A stretch of 30,495 bases of DNA from a virus (lineage: Duplodnaviria > Caudoviricetes). How positions within the stretch are numbered: the stretch's first letter is position 1; each line of letters opens with the position of its first letter. Below, in pieces: positions 7,681 to 17,057 of this stretch. Where the stretch lies: the IMG/VR virus record IMGVR_UViG_3300025848_000135, positions 1-30,495 of that record; one strand, written 5' to 3'. The notes below the pieces were generated by a model. That model saw only the letters and a program-made list of their open reading frames with translations. It was not told the DNA's origin and made no database searches. The position numbers were made by a program, and so were the translations under genes.

Positions 7681-8057
7681 TGAACATCAAACGAGGGATC
7701 GACGAAAAGACGGGTTTCGCGTGGATCGAGTTCCGGCCCCAGACCAACGACGAGGAGACATGGCTTCACTCCATGCGTCCCGCGCCGGGCCAGGCGATCG
7801 AGTTCTACGAGATCAAGGGTGAGCCGCTTTGGCGAGGGTTGCGGGTGGTGAATGATTCCCCCGCTCCCAAGTCGGCGCGACCGCCGGCGGAATCCGAGAA
7901 GCCCAAGCCAGAGTCGGAGGGCAACAAAGAGAACTTCGCACAGATGAACGAGGCGGACCTGCTGACGACCATCGCCGAGAAGGGCGTGCCAATGCCCAAG
8001 GTCAAGCGGCGTGGCGACCTCATCAAGGCGTTGCAGGACCACGAGGCCAAAAAGTAA
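7680..8057 (+). CDS. Hypothetical protein with a C-terminal HeH/Rho-N-like helical motif
   Basis: ATG 7680; C-terminus MNEADLLTTIAEKGVPMPKVKRRGDLIKAL. Confidence 0.65.
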   Translation: MNIKRGIDEKTGFAWIEFRPQTNDEETWLHSMRPAPGQAIEFYEIKGEPLWRGLRVVNDSPAPKSARPPAESEKPKPESEGNKENFAQMNEADLLTTIAEKGVPMPKVKRRGDLIKALQDHEAKK

Positions 8058-8060
8058 GCA

Positions 8061-10070
8061 ATGGAAGATTCCAAAACAACGTCGCTGGTGACAAACACCG
8101 ACGCCGACACGGTTCAGTACCTTGAAGGCCTTGTCCAAGAGGCTCAGGCGATCCGTTCGCGCGAGGAGCGTCGTTGGGATCAGAACTTCCGCCGCGTGTA
8201 TGGGGACCAGTGGGACAAGAAAGCCCCCGAGGGGTTGAAGCAGTTTACGCTCAACCTCACGCAGAACGCGATCATTGCGACGGTCGCGGTGCAGACGGAG
8301 CAGCGTCCCAGGGTGCGGATCACGCCTCGAGAGACAAGTGAAGATGGGCTTGTGTATTTGAAGCCCGCCGCCGCTCAGATGCTCGCCTCGATGGGTCTGC
8401 AACTCACGCCCGATGAGATGTCGGGGATGATGCCCATTTCGCAGGAGGCGACGGAGTTGGTCACGGCCAACTTTGGGGCGCTCAGTGAGCAGGACGCCTA
8501 CGTGGTGAACGACGCGGTGGTTGCCGAGGTGCTGACGAAGATTCTCGAAACGCTCTGGGATCGGGCGGACACGGACTTCCACCTGATCCAGAACGTGATG
8601 AACACGTCGGTCATCGGCCATCAGGCGATGCTCTGCCAGTGGGACGCGGGGACGAACTCGTACCAGTTGATGAACATCCACCAGATGAACGGGTGGATCG
8701 ACCCGATTTCGACGGGGATTCACGACGCGGAGTATTTCGTCTGGGATCAGGTGGTGAGTGCGGAGGCGGCGAAGGCGACATGGCCGGAACACGCGGCGTT
8801 GATTGATTCCGTCAAGCAAACCGGGAGTATCGGTAATGCCCAAGCCAGCGGCTTCATTGCTCAAATCGGCGCGCCTTATCGTGACGTCACTTTCGAGCGT
8901 CCTATGGTGCGGGTACAGACTGCTTGGCTCCGCAACTACCGCGTGCCTATCCCTCTGGACGAGGCTCTCCAAAGCGGCGCGGTTACTGTGGCGATGGTGG
9001 ATCAGCCCGATCCAGCCACTGGACAAGTAGCGCCAACGCAGGTTGACGAAACCTACATGCTTCCGACGGGTGAGTTGACCGCCCCGGACAATGAGAACTG
9101 GCCGCACAAAACGATAATCCGTCAGGTGCAGAGGATTCTTGACACGGTGATTTCCGATGTCGAGTGCCCGTACCGTGACATCCCGATCGGGTGGAACATC
9201 AACATTCCGATCATGTATTCCCCCTACGGTCAGGGCGAACCCGACCGCCTGGAGGACTTGCAGCAGAACGTGAACCGGGTCTTTTCGATCCTTCACAACC
9301 ACCTGCAATACTACCAGTCTCCGATGGAGGTCATGCCTCAGTCGGTGAAGGATGCTCTGAAAGAGAGCGAGCGTCAGACGTTCGCCCACCCGGGCCGGCA
9401 GATCAGCGTGCCCGACGAGTTGTTCACGATGTTCGGCGGCAACGTGTCGAGCATCATGCCGATGCCGCAGTTGCCGACGAGTTACGTCCAGTACGCGGCG
9501 CAGTTGATCGACATCTTCAAGTACATCAGCGGCAACGTAGATGTCCTGTCGGGTCAGGCGAAGTCGGATTGGTCGGGCGAGTTGGTCAAGGCGTTGCAGG
9601 GTTCGGCCCGTGGCCCGATCAGCTTCAAGTCCACGAACACCGAGCGGATGATCCGCCGCATCACGCAGTTGGTCCTTGGTTGCATCCTCGACCTCATGCC
9701 GGAATCGGAATGGGCGAAGATCGTCACCAAGTATCCGCCGCACGTGCTGAAGGCGATCCGCGACCGCGCCAAGGTGTTCGACCACGACATCATCGTGGAG
9801 GTCGCGTCGGGCAAAGGCGTTGTCAAGCAGGTCGAGAACGAGAAGTACCTGGCCCTGTACGACCGCAAGGCGCTGGACGTGCTGACGCTCTTGGAGAAGT
9901 TGGAAGTGCCCAACGCCGAGATGATCGTCAAGCGTCTGGGGTTGCAGGCGTCGGCTCAGGCGATGGCCGGTGCGGCGGCTGGCGGTCATACGGACGGCCA
10001 GCAGGATCAGCAGGGGCAAGCGGCCCCCAAGAAGGAACAGAACTCCCGTCCGAGTGGTTCGGGCGGGTGA
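8061..10070 (+). CDS. Portal protein (P22-like)
   Basis: 669 aa between terL and the scaffold. Motifs YGDQWD, LNLTQ, YGQGEPDRLEDLQQNVN and ISGNVDVLSGQ, with a Q/G-rich tail. Confidence 0.85.
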   Translation: MEDSKTTSLVTNTDADTVQYLEGLVQEAQAIRSREERRWDQNFRRVYGDQWDKKAPEGLKQFTLNLTQNAIIATVAVQTEQRPRVRITPRETSEDGLVYLKPAAAQMLASMGLQLTPDEMSGMMPISQEATELVTANFGALSEQDAYVVNDAVVAEVLTKILETLWDRADTDFHLIQNVMNTSVIGHQAMLCQWDAGTNSYQLMNIHQMNGWIDPISTGIHDAEYFVWDQVVSAEAAKATWPEHAALIDSVKQTGSIGNAQASGFIAQIGAPYRDVTFERPMVRVQTAWLRNYRVPIPLDEALQSGAVTVAMVDQPDPATGQVAPTQVDETYMLPTGELTAPDNENWPHKTIIRQVQRILDTVISDVECPYRDIPIGWNINIPIMYSPYGQGEPDRLEDLQQNVNRVFSILHNHLQYYQSPMEVMPQSVKDALKESERQTFAHPGRQISVPDELFTMFGGNVSSIMPMPQLPTSYVQYAAQLIDIFKYISGNVDVLSGQAKSDWSGELVKALQGSARGPISFKSTNTERMIRRITQLVLGCILDLMPESEWAKIVTKYPPHVLKAIRDRAKVFDHDIIVEVASGKGVVKQVENEKYLALYDRKALDVLTLLEKLEVPNAEMIVKRLGLQASAQAMAGAAAGGHTDGQQDQQGQAAPKKEQNSRPSGSGG

Positions 10071-10180
10071 GTCTCAATACCAGCGGAAGCAGGTCACTGA
10101 CGACCGTGGATCATGTCAAGCCTTTGGGCAGACCTCTGTGAAGCGCGAGACAAACCGAGCGGACGCGGAGCGTGAAGAAC

Positions 10181-11017
10181 ATGGCGGACGAAACGAAGGT
10201 GGAACCCGGCGCGTTGGATGGTCTGGTCAAGGAAGGTCAACCCGAACCGGAATCGGAAACGCCTCCGGTCGAGGAAACGCCGACCGAGACGCCCAAGGAA
10301 GAACCGGCTCAGGAGCAGGTCAACCCCGAAGCGGCCAAGCCCGCAGAGGACACCGAGCAAAAGGGCCACGAGTTCGACAAGGGCTTGCAGAAGCTCCAAC
10401 AGCGGCAGGCGACGTTCGAGCGAAAGCTCGACGAGTTGCTTGCCAAGATCGGCCAGCAGGGCGGCGTGGCGACACCCGCCCAACGCGAACAAGTCGCAAC
10501 CCTGCAACAGCAGGTGGACGACATCGACGTGCTGAGCAAGACCGAGCCCGATGAGATCGACCCGTACAAGGCGACCAAAATCCTTGCCAGCAAGGTCAAG
10601 GAACTCCAGACGCAGTTGGAAGAACGAAACCGCACCGATAAGGTACGGATTGAGTCCGTCCAGCAGACCGTGGGGCGTTTGCAGGACGAACGGGATCGGG
10701 CTGATTTTGCCCGACTGAATCCCGAGGTCGCCGACCAGTACGACAACCTCATCAACTCCACCCTCGAATACGTGAACTCGCTCGGCAACCTCACCCCCGA
10801 GGCCCGGCAGATTCACGCGACGTACACCTGGCAGGCCAAACTCGCGGAAGCGAAGGCTAAGGCCAAGCCCGTCGCCACGACCGCCACGCTCAAGACCACG
10901 CCCGACAAGTCAACCGTGGGTACGAAAGTGGCAACCAACTCGGCCTCGGCAGCGGGGCGAGGAAAGCCCGCATCAAGCACGATGGATTTCATCAACGGCT
11001 TGGTGAACGAGGCGTAA
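10181..11017 (+). CDS. Capsid scaffolding protein
   Basis: Acidic P/E-rich N-terminus and coiled coils; lies between portal and capsid genes. Confidence 0.75.
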   Translation: MADETKVEPGALDGLVKEGQPEPESETPPVEETPTETPKEEPAQEQVNPEAAKPAEDTEQKGHEFDKGLQKLQQRQATFERKLDELLAKIGQQGGVATPAQREQVATLQQQVDDIDVLSKTEPDEIDPYKATKILASKVKELQTQLEERNRTDKVRIESVQQTVGRLQDERDRADFARLNPEVADQYDNLINSTLEYVNSLGNLTPEARQIHATYTWQAKLAEAKAKAKPVATTATLKTTPDKSTVGTKVATNSASAAGRGKPASSTMDFINGLVNEA

Positions 11018-11035
11018 CAACAAAGGAAACCGGCT

Positions 11036-12151
11036 ATGGCCGTTTACAACAAGTCCGGGAACGCCATCAATCTTGATGGCTTCCACAACTACGCGGTGGG
11101 CGAACTCCTGCCCCAGCGTTTCAGTTCGTTCTACTCCCGCCTCCCCTTCTTCACCTACATCACCGGCAAGGCGAACAACACGGCCAACCTTGGCCGTCCC
11201 GCCTCGGGCGCGATCATCGGCAACAACCTGTCCCCCATCGACATGCAAATGGGCGGCGGCACCGAGATCACCCAGCGCCTGCAAACCGGCACCGTGGGCG
11301 GCTTCAAGTGGCTCGGCCTGCGTGACACGTCGGCCTCGACCGGCAACGACTCGCAGGACCAGCACAACGCGACGGCGACGTGGCGTTGGGCGCGTGCGCA
11401 GCAGCCGATCACCATCTGGAACAGCACGGTTCTCGCCTCCAAGCCCGACAAGTACAAGATCGCCGACGCCCTGCGTGAGGCGGTTGAGGAGGCCACCGAG
11501 CAGCTTTTCACCAACCTCAATCTCGCCTACCTGCGTGGCAACCCCACCAGCCAGTCCGCCGACGTTTGGGACAGCCCCCTCGGCGTTCTCCAGGCGATGG
11601 ACACGGACAACACCTACGCCAACCTCGACCGCGCCAGCGTGACCTCGTGGGCGTCGAACCGCGTGACCACGGCCAAGCCCATCAGCCTCTCGCTGATCGA
11701 CGACGCCAACATCACGCAGGGCGCTCAGGACAAAGGCCCCGGCATCGACTTCGTTCTCGTCGGCAAGGCCAACTACCTCAAGCTCAAGGGTGAAGCCCTT
11801 GCTCGTGGTCAGTCCGTCACGGTCGGCGACATGCCCGAGGCTTCCAAGGTCGGCGTCAAGCAGGAGTGCATCAAGTACGGCAACGTGACGATCACCTACG
11901 ATCCCACGTTCACCGGCAACTGGTCGTCCTACGACAGCGACGTGACCGACGCGACGAAGCTCATGCTGTGCTTCACCTCCGACTCGTGGAAGTGCTACTT
12001 CCACCCGGACGGCAACTTCAAGGTGTTCCCCTTCCACGACGAGTCTGAGCGTGCCGGTGGTCCTGACTGCGTGACCTCACGCATCCAGGTCATGACCATC
12101 CTCCGCTGTGCCAAGCCGTGGCAGAACGTCGCGTACACCAACGCCAGCTAA
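11036..12151 (+). CDS. Major capsid protein
   Basis: 371 aa, RBS AAAGGA, strong C-ending codon bias, follows the scaffold. Contains PLGVLQAMD...YANLDRA...W. Confidence 0.85.
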   Translation: MAVYNKSGNAINLDGFHNYAVGELLPQRFSSFYSRLPFFTYITGKANNTANLGRPASGAIIGNNLSPIDMQMGGGTEITQRLQTGTVGGFKWLGLRDTSASTGNDSQDQHNATATWRWARAQQPITIWNSTVLASKPDKYKIADALREAVEEATEQLFTNLNLAYLRGNPTSQSADVWDSPLGVLQAMDTDNTYANLDRASVTSWASNRVTTAKPISLSLIDDANITQGAQDKGPGIDFVLVGKANYLKLKGEALARGQSVTVGDMPEASKVGVKQECIKYGNVTITYDPTFTGNWSSYDSDVTDATKLMLCFTSDSWKCYFHPDGNFKVFPFHDESERAGGPDCVTSRIQVMTILRCAKPWQNVAYTNAS

Positions 12152-12187
12152 TCCCCCCTTCACCACAAACCATAAGGAGCAGTCGTT

Positions 12188-12511
12188 ATGGCTGTCACCC
12201 CTGTTGCGATCCAAGGAGCCGGCGCGTTCGGCGACTCCGAAACCACCATCGTCACTTTCGACATTGGTGAGTCCACCGTCGAGGTGCCCACCGGCCTCAC
12301 GGTCATCTACCGTGCCTCGGCGACGCCCATCGTGGGCACCGCCGCCTACAGCACGGCGTACCCCCTTCTGGCAATCAACGAGGTCGTCACCGCGACCGCC
12401 ACCGGCTCGTCCGCTGGCGCCACCGGGTTCGGCACTTCGTGGACCGCCGCCCTCAACGCGACCGCCGCTTCGGCTCGGTCGTACACCGTCACTGTGTGGG
12501 GTCAATCCTGA
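12188..12511 (+). CDS. Putative capsid decoration/minor structural protein
   Basis: RBS TAAGGAG; A/T/G/V-rich, beta-type sequence immediately after the capsid gene and before a terminator. Confidence 0.65.
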   Translation: MAVTPVAIQGAGAFGDSETTIVTFDIGESTVEVPTGLTVIYRASATPIVGTAAYSTAYPLLAINEVVTATATGSSAGATGFGTSWTAALNATAASARSYTVTVWGQS

Positions 12512-12520
12512 TCCCTTCGG

Positions 12521-12553
12521 CTCCGTAGGGGAGCAATCCCCTGCGGGGTTTTT
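12521..12553 (+). terminator. Rho-independent terminator
   Basis: CTCCGTAGGGGA-GCAA-TCCCCTGCGGGG followed by TTTTT. Confidence 0.85.
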
Positions 12554-12577
12554 CTCTCTTTCCAAGGAAACCCCATC

Positions 12578-12880
12578 ATGGCGTTCGTCACCAACAGTAA
12601 GAAGTTCTTTCAGGCCCGAGGCGGGCAGGAAGGATACGTCGAGGAATACGGCTCGGTTACGCTCGTGACCGGCACCGCCGCCCTTGACACCACCCTGCGC
12701 ACCATCAAGTTCTTCTCCTACGGCCTCGTCGGCACGTCGTCCGACACCGGCGTTCTGCGGCTGGACAAGGCTGCGAACACCGACGGCACCGAGACTGTCA
12801 GCGGCGGCTCGATCAACGTGGCTTCTTCTTCCACGACATCGACCGCGACGTACCAGATTCTTCTTCGCGGCCTTCCGTAA
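12578..12880 (+). CDS. Putative small structural protein
   Basis: RBS AAGGA; T/S/G-rich, 100 aa. Confidence 0.6.
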   Translation: MAFVTNSKKFFQARGGQEGYVEEYGSVTLVTGTAALDTTLRTIKFFSYGLVGTSSDTGVLRLDKAANTDGTETVSGGSINVASSSTTSTATYQILLRGLP

Positions 12881-12907
12881 GACCGCACAACTCGAAGGGA
12901 CAAAACA

Positions 12908-13780
12908 ATGCAGAGTCCGATCAACGGCGTGGTTGTCATGTCGGTCAACGACCGCATGATGTTCACCAAGACGGCCTTCAACCTGTTCGACTCGATCATC
13001 CGATTCGGGATGCCGGTCATGCGGGGTGCTGGTCCGTATTGGGAACAGTCGCTCCAGAACGCGATCCATAGCGCGGTCCACTCCAACCACCCCAACACCG
13101 GCAAGCCGTTCGACTATGTGATCTTCTTCGACGGCGACAGCGTGTGGGAACCGGACGACCTCCAGCGGCTTGTGACGGTGCTGGAAAAGAATCCGCAGTA
13201 CCATGCGGCTCAGGCGGTGCAGGCGGATCGCAACGCGGACAAGCCGCTTGCGTTCGCGTGGTTGCACGAGTTGGGCATCCAGTACGACCACGGCAAGCCG
13301 GTCACGGAGATCATCCACGGCCACTTCGGGTTTACGGTCATCCGTGCCGACGTGTTCCGTAAGATGTCCAAGCCGTGGTTCTGGTCCACGCCCAACGAGG
13401 ACGGGACGTGGGACCTGGGCCGCGTGACTTCCGAGAACGGCACGATCAAGTTCATCGGCAAGCGCGACCCGGACACCAACTTCTGGCTGAAGTTCAAGAA
13501 CGCCGGATTCAAGGTCGTGCAGGTCAATCAGGTCGTAGTCGGTCACATGGAGTTGATGTGCCGATGGCAGGAAGGCCCGCGTGTCGTTTCGCAGACGATG
13601 CGGGAGTTGGAGAACGACGGCAAACCCGAAGGACTCCGATCCCCGTTTGTCGGTGAGTTGACGCCCGATCAGATGTCGCGTGGACCGGGCGGGAATCCGC
13701 TGCCGCCCCCGCGATCAAATGTGGAAGTGAAGCCGCCCCCGATTGCCCCCGGTGATATACTACCGGAGGGCAACCAATGA
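12908..13780 (+). CDS. Glycosyltransferase, GT-A/GT2-like
   Basis: DxD motif in FDYVIFFDGDSVW, plus HFGFTVIRADVF and DPDTNFW...GFKV...VGH. Confidence 0.75.
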   Translation: MQSPINGVVVMSVNDRMMFTKTAFNLFDSIIRFGMPVMRGAGPYWEQSLQNAIHSAVHSNHPNTGKPFDYVIFFDGDSVWEPDDLQRLVTVLEKNPQYHAAQAVQADRNADKPLAFAWLHELGIQYDHGKPVTEIIHGHFGFTVIRADVFRKMSKPWFWSTPNEDGTWDLGRVTSENGTIKFIGKRDPDTNFWLKFKNAGFKVVQVNQVVVGHMELMCRWQEGPRVVSQTMRELENDGKPEGLRSPFVGELTPDQMSRGPGGNPLPPPRSNVEVKPPPIAPGDILPEGNQ

Positions 13781-14442
13781 TGGTCGTTTACACCCATCTC
13801 GGACTCGGCGACCACATTATCTGCAACGGTCTGCTTCGTGACTTGGCTCGCCGTCACGGTCGGGTGTTCACGTTCGTCAAGCCGCACAACTACGAGTCCG
13901 TGCGGGCGATGACGGCTGGCGCGAACATCAACACGATTGTCGCCGGCGACGCCGAGGCGATGGAACTCCTGTCGTGGATGGTTCCGCAGGGGTTCAAGGT
14001 CATCGGGCACACGCACCTCGACCGCTCGCTTGGATTCGACAAGTCGTTCTATCAGAACGCGGGCCTGCCGTTCGAGCGACGCTGGATCGGGTTTGACGGA
14101 ATCCGGTCAAAGATGCGGGAGTCCGACCTGATCGACAAGATCAAACTGCCGAGCGAGTTCGTGTTCGTGCATGACGATGTTTCGCGCGGGTACGTGATCG
14201 ACGATTCGATGGTCACGAAGTTGCCGGTGGTTCGCCCGCTGCCGGGATTGACCGCCAACATCTTCGACTGGATGGGCGTGATCGAGCGTGCGAAGTCGGT
14301 CCACCTGATCGAGTCGTCGTTCGCGTTCATGGTCGATTCGTTTCCGGCGATGGACAAGGAAATCGTGCTGCACCGCTACGTCCGCAAGCTCGATTACGGG
14401 TGCGTTCCGACGTACCGCCTGCCGTGGGAAATCATCGAATGA
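13777..14442 (+). CDS. Putative glycosyltransferase-like protein (HLGLGD motif)
   Basis: N-terminal YTHLGLGDHIICNG and C-terminal VHLIESSF, resembling GT-B/GT9-like patterns. Confidence 0.55.
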   Translation: MMVVYTHLGLGDHIICNGLLRDLARRHGRVFTFVKPHNYESVRAMTAGANINTIVAGDAEAMELLSWMVPQGFKVIGHTHLDRSLGFDKSFYQNAGLPFERRWIGFDGIRSKMRESDLIDKIKLPSEFVFVHDDVSRGYVIDDSMVTKLPVVRPLPGLTANIFDWMGVIERAKSVHLIESSFAFMVDSFPAMDKEIVLHRYVRKLDYGCVPTYRLPWEIIE

Positions 14443-14966
14443 AGGGCTACAAGGACGCGATCCGCAAGTCGATGGCGTTTCTTGCGAAGGACCGCAAGCG
14501 GGTTTTTCTCGGGTACTGCACGAAGGTCGGACTGGCGGGCGGAACGCTCGACCTCGTGAAGCCCAAGAAGCTGATCGAAATGCCCGCCGCCGAGAACCTG
14601 GTCGCGGGCGTCGCAATCGGGATGTCGCTTCGCGGGTACAAGCCGGTGGTGTGGTTCGAGAGGATGGACTTCATCCTCAACGCGCTCGACGCGATCGTGA
14701 ACCACGCCGACAAGATGGCGGAAATCTCGCGTGGCGATTACGTACCCAAGGTGATCTTCCGGGTGAACGTCGGCGGGAGTGCGAAGCCGCTCTACACCGG
14801 CCCGACGCACACGCAGGACTTCACCGAGTCGCTTCGGAAGATGATGACGACGATCCGGGTGTTGAACTGTAAGACACCGATGGGCGTGACGTTCAACTAC
14901 GAGATGGCGGCGGAGATCGCGGAGAAGGAATCAGTGATTGTGGTCGAACGAAGGGACTTGTGGTGA
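14439..14966 (+). CDS. TPP-dependent enzyme beta subunit (E1-beta/transketolase pyrimidine-binding domain only)
   Basis: ATGA coupling. LIEMPAAENLVAGVAIGMSLRGYKPVV...MDFILNALDAIVN...GPTHTQ; lacks the C-terminal domain. Confidence 0.85.
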   Translation: MKGYKDAIRKSMAFLAKDRKRVFLGYCTKVGLAGGTLDLVKPKKLIEMPAAENLVAGVAIGMSLRGYKPVVWFERMDFILNALDAIVNHADKMAEISRGDYVPKVIFRVNVGGSAKPLYTGPTHTQDFTESLRKMMTTIRVLNCKTPMGVTFNYEMAAEIAEKESVIVVERRDLW

Positions 14967-17050
14967 CAACGAACCGCTACAGCAACTACAAGTTGATCCG
15001 CTTCCCCGGCAAGATCAAGTCGTTCCTTGACGGGAAGATCACGGCCCCGCTGTACGTTCGCATCAAGCCGCTGAACGCCTGCAATCACAAGTGCAACTGG
15101 TGTCTGGTTGCGGGGACAATGATTGCGACGCCAGACGGCGACGTGCCGATTGAAAGGCTAACGATTGGCGACTACGTTTATGGCCCAACCGGTCGGGTAT
15201 GTCGAATCACAGAGACAAGCCGCCGCCATGTGGACCGGATCAACTGGATTGAATGTGGCGGGCGAAGGGTGGGGTGCAGCGACGAACACCCGATCCTTAC
15301 GCAAAGGTCATGGGTTCCAGCGAGTGATGTCCAGCACGGAGACGCCGCCGTTGTGCGAGTGCGGATGCGGGAATCGCGTCCTGTCGCATCGCGGAGTTTG
15401 GAACCGATTTCTGCAAAACCATCAGTTGCGTGGAGTGAAGTTGCCGGAGACGCGACGACAATCCATGTCGGATCGCATGAAGGCCAACAACCCGATGCGT
15501 CGGCCAGAGATTGCGGCGAAAGTCGCATTGAATCACAAGTTGAATCCAAAGAAGTTGGCGGACTGGCACATCAAGAAGCTCGCGGACCTATCGCGGAAGA
15601 GAATGATGGGCGATGGCAACCCGATGCGGAATCCGCAGGTTGCCATGAAGGTAGCGACAAAGAATCTTCTGGCGAGGGGAACATCGAAGTACGAGGACGC
15701 CTTCTGGCAATGGGTGATCGAGAACAACCTGCCCATCGAAAAGACCAGCACCGGGGAAATGTGGATTGGTCGGAGAAACCCGGACTTCCGCGTTCCGAAC
15801 CAAAAGAAGTGCATCGAGTTGACGCAGAACATGTGCTTCATCGGGTACGAACGTCGGATACGAACGATGGACAGCTACGCAATCCCGAGCATTCAGCACT
15901 ACAACAGCAAGGGATGGAACTGTCTGGTGATATACGGTCGGTCGAAACAGCGGTTCAAGATGGAGTTGGCGCAGGTCATTCTCGACTACGCATCGCCGGA
16001 ATCGAACTGGAGCGGGGTCTGGAACTACAAAGAGTTGATTCGATCCGACGCGAAACCGGTCGGTTTGAAGTGTTCAACTTTGCCTGCGACCCAGACGAGT
16101 CTTACGAGGCCAATGGCATCGTAGTGCATAACTGCATCTACGGCCACGGCACGAACGAAACCGTGATGCACGACGGCATGGACGACCGCGACAAGATCAC
16201 GACGCCACGCCTGACTGAAATCCTGGCCGACCTTGCCGACATCGGCGTGAAGGCGATTACATTTTCGGGCGGCGGCGAGCCGATGGCTCACCCCGGTATC
16301 CGAGAGGCGATGTGGACATGTGTGGATCGCGGGCTTGACTTCTCGTTCATCACGAACGGGTCATTCCTTCGCGGCGACAACGCGACGCTCGCCAAGCGTG
16401 CCAAGTGGATTCGCGTGTCGATCGACTATTGGGATGGCGACAGCATCGCCAAGTCGCGGGGCGTGAAGCCTGATGAGTTCTTGAAGATCGACGGCAACAT
16501 GCGCGGGTTCGTGGACATGAAGGAGGATTGTGAACTCACGATCAACTTCATCGTCACGCATGAGAATCACGAACGGCTGCTCGACGTTGCGACCTGGCTT
16601 CGCGGGGTGGGCGTTGACAATGTGCGGTTCTCGCCGGTGTGGATGGACAACTTCCACGAATACCACGAGCCGATCCGAAAATACGTCGAGGAACAGTTAG
16701 CGTGGGCGACGCGGTTGCAGACCGACAAGTTCAAGGTGTATTCGTCGTACCGCATCGACCCCAACGCGAAACTTCGCGGGTATGACAAGTGCTGGTTCCA
16801 GCAGGTCGTTCCGGTGATCGGTGCGGACGAGTGCGTGTACGCCTGCCACAACACGGCGTACAGCGACAAGGGGCGGATCGGCACGATCAAGGGCCGCAAG
16901 TTCAGCGACCTGTGGTTCAGCGACGAGGCAAAGGCGTGGTTCGATAAGTTCAACGCCCGCGAACAGTGCAACGGGATTCAGTGCGCCGCCGAGTCCAAGA
17001 ATGTGCTTTACAACGAGATCGTGAACTCGGGCACCGACAACTTTGTGTGA
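14963..17050 (+). CDS. Radical SAM enzyme with a SPASM/twitch-like C-terminus, intein-containing
   Basis: GTGA coupling. After intein removal the motif reads CNHKCNW-CIYG (CxxxCxxC). Also FSGGGEP, ITNG, RVSID and CWF...IGADECVYAC...IG. Confidence 0.9.
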   Translation: MTTNRYSNYKLIRFPGKIKSFLDGKITAPLYVRIKPLNACNHKCNWCLVAGTMIATPDGDVPIERLTIGDYVYGPTGRVCRITETSRRHVDRINWIECGGRRVGCSDEHPILTQRSWVPASDVQHGDAAVVRVRMRESRPVASRSLEPISAKPSVAWSEVAGDATTIHVGSHEGQQPDASARDCGESRIESQVESKEVGGLAHQEARGPIAEENDGRWQPDAESAGCHEGSDKESSGEGNIEVRGRLLAMGDREQPAHRKDQHRGNVDWSEKPGLPRSEPKEVHRVDAEHVLHRVRTSDTNDGQLRNPEHSALQQQGMELSGDIRSVETAVQDGVGAGHSRLRIAGIELERGLELQRVDSIRRETGRFEVFNFACDPDESYEANGIVVHNCIYGHGTNETVMHDGMDDRDKITTPRLTEILADLADIGVKAITFSGGGEPMAHPGIREAMWTCVDRGLDFSFITNGSFLRGDNATLAKRAKWIRVSIDYWDGDSIAKSRGVKPDEFLKIDGNMRGFVDMKEDCELTINFIVTHENHERLLDVATWLRGVGVDNVRFSPVWMDNFHEYHEPIRKYVEEQLAWATRLQTDKFKVYSSYRIDPNAKLRGYDKCWFQQVVPVIGADECVYACHNTAYSDKGRIGTIKGRKFSDLWFSDEAKAWFDKFNAREQCNGIQCAAESKNVLYNEIVNSGTDNFV
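15101..16132 (+). mobile_element. Intein, 344 aa, inserted before the third Cys of the radical SAM motif
   Basis: Block A CLVAGTMIATPDGDVPIERL, block B CSDEHPIL, block F VFNFACDPDESYEANG and block G IVVHN|C. Confidence 0.93.
15327..16124 (+). CDS. Putative homing endonuclease (Vsr/DUF559-like) nested in the intein in the +1 frame
   Basis: 265 aa from ATG 15327 (frame open from 15165). PLCECGCG...RF...H, two NPM motifs, and SKYE...RNPDF...KKCIEL...HY..KGWNCLVI. Confidence 0.8.
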   Translation: MSSTETPPLCECGCGNRVLSHRGVWNRFLQNHQLRGVKLPETRRQSMSDRMKANNPMRRPEIAAKVALNHKLNPKKLADWHIKKLADLSRKRMMGDGNPMRNPQVAMKVATKNLLARGTSKYEDAFWQWVIENNLPIEKTSTGEMWIGRRNPDFRVPNQKKCIELTQNMCFIGYERRIRTMDSYAIPSIQHYNSKGWNCLVIYGRSKQRFKMELAQVILDYASPESNWSGVWNYKELIRSDAKPVGLKCSTLPATQTSLTRPMAS

Positions 17051-17057
17051 GGCAACG

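Noticed and set aside
7458-10019. 853-aa antisense ORF (also 6243-7454, 10973-12037, 12077-13546 and 27318-28679)
   Set aside because: Shadow ORFs opposite GC3-biased genes, with no recognisable motifs.
9191-10141. 316-aa same-strand alternative-frame ORF inside the portal gene
   Set aside because: It is the -1 frame of a GC3-rich gene, where stops are naturally rare. The product is R/G/A-rich with no motif, unlike the nested genes I accepted.
15101-16132. Group I/II intron or frameshifted pseudogene explanation for the insert
   Set aside because: The insert is an exact multiple of three, has no stops and has complete intein N- and C-terminal blocks.
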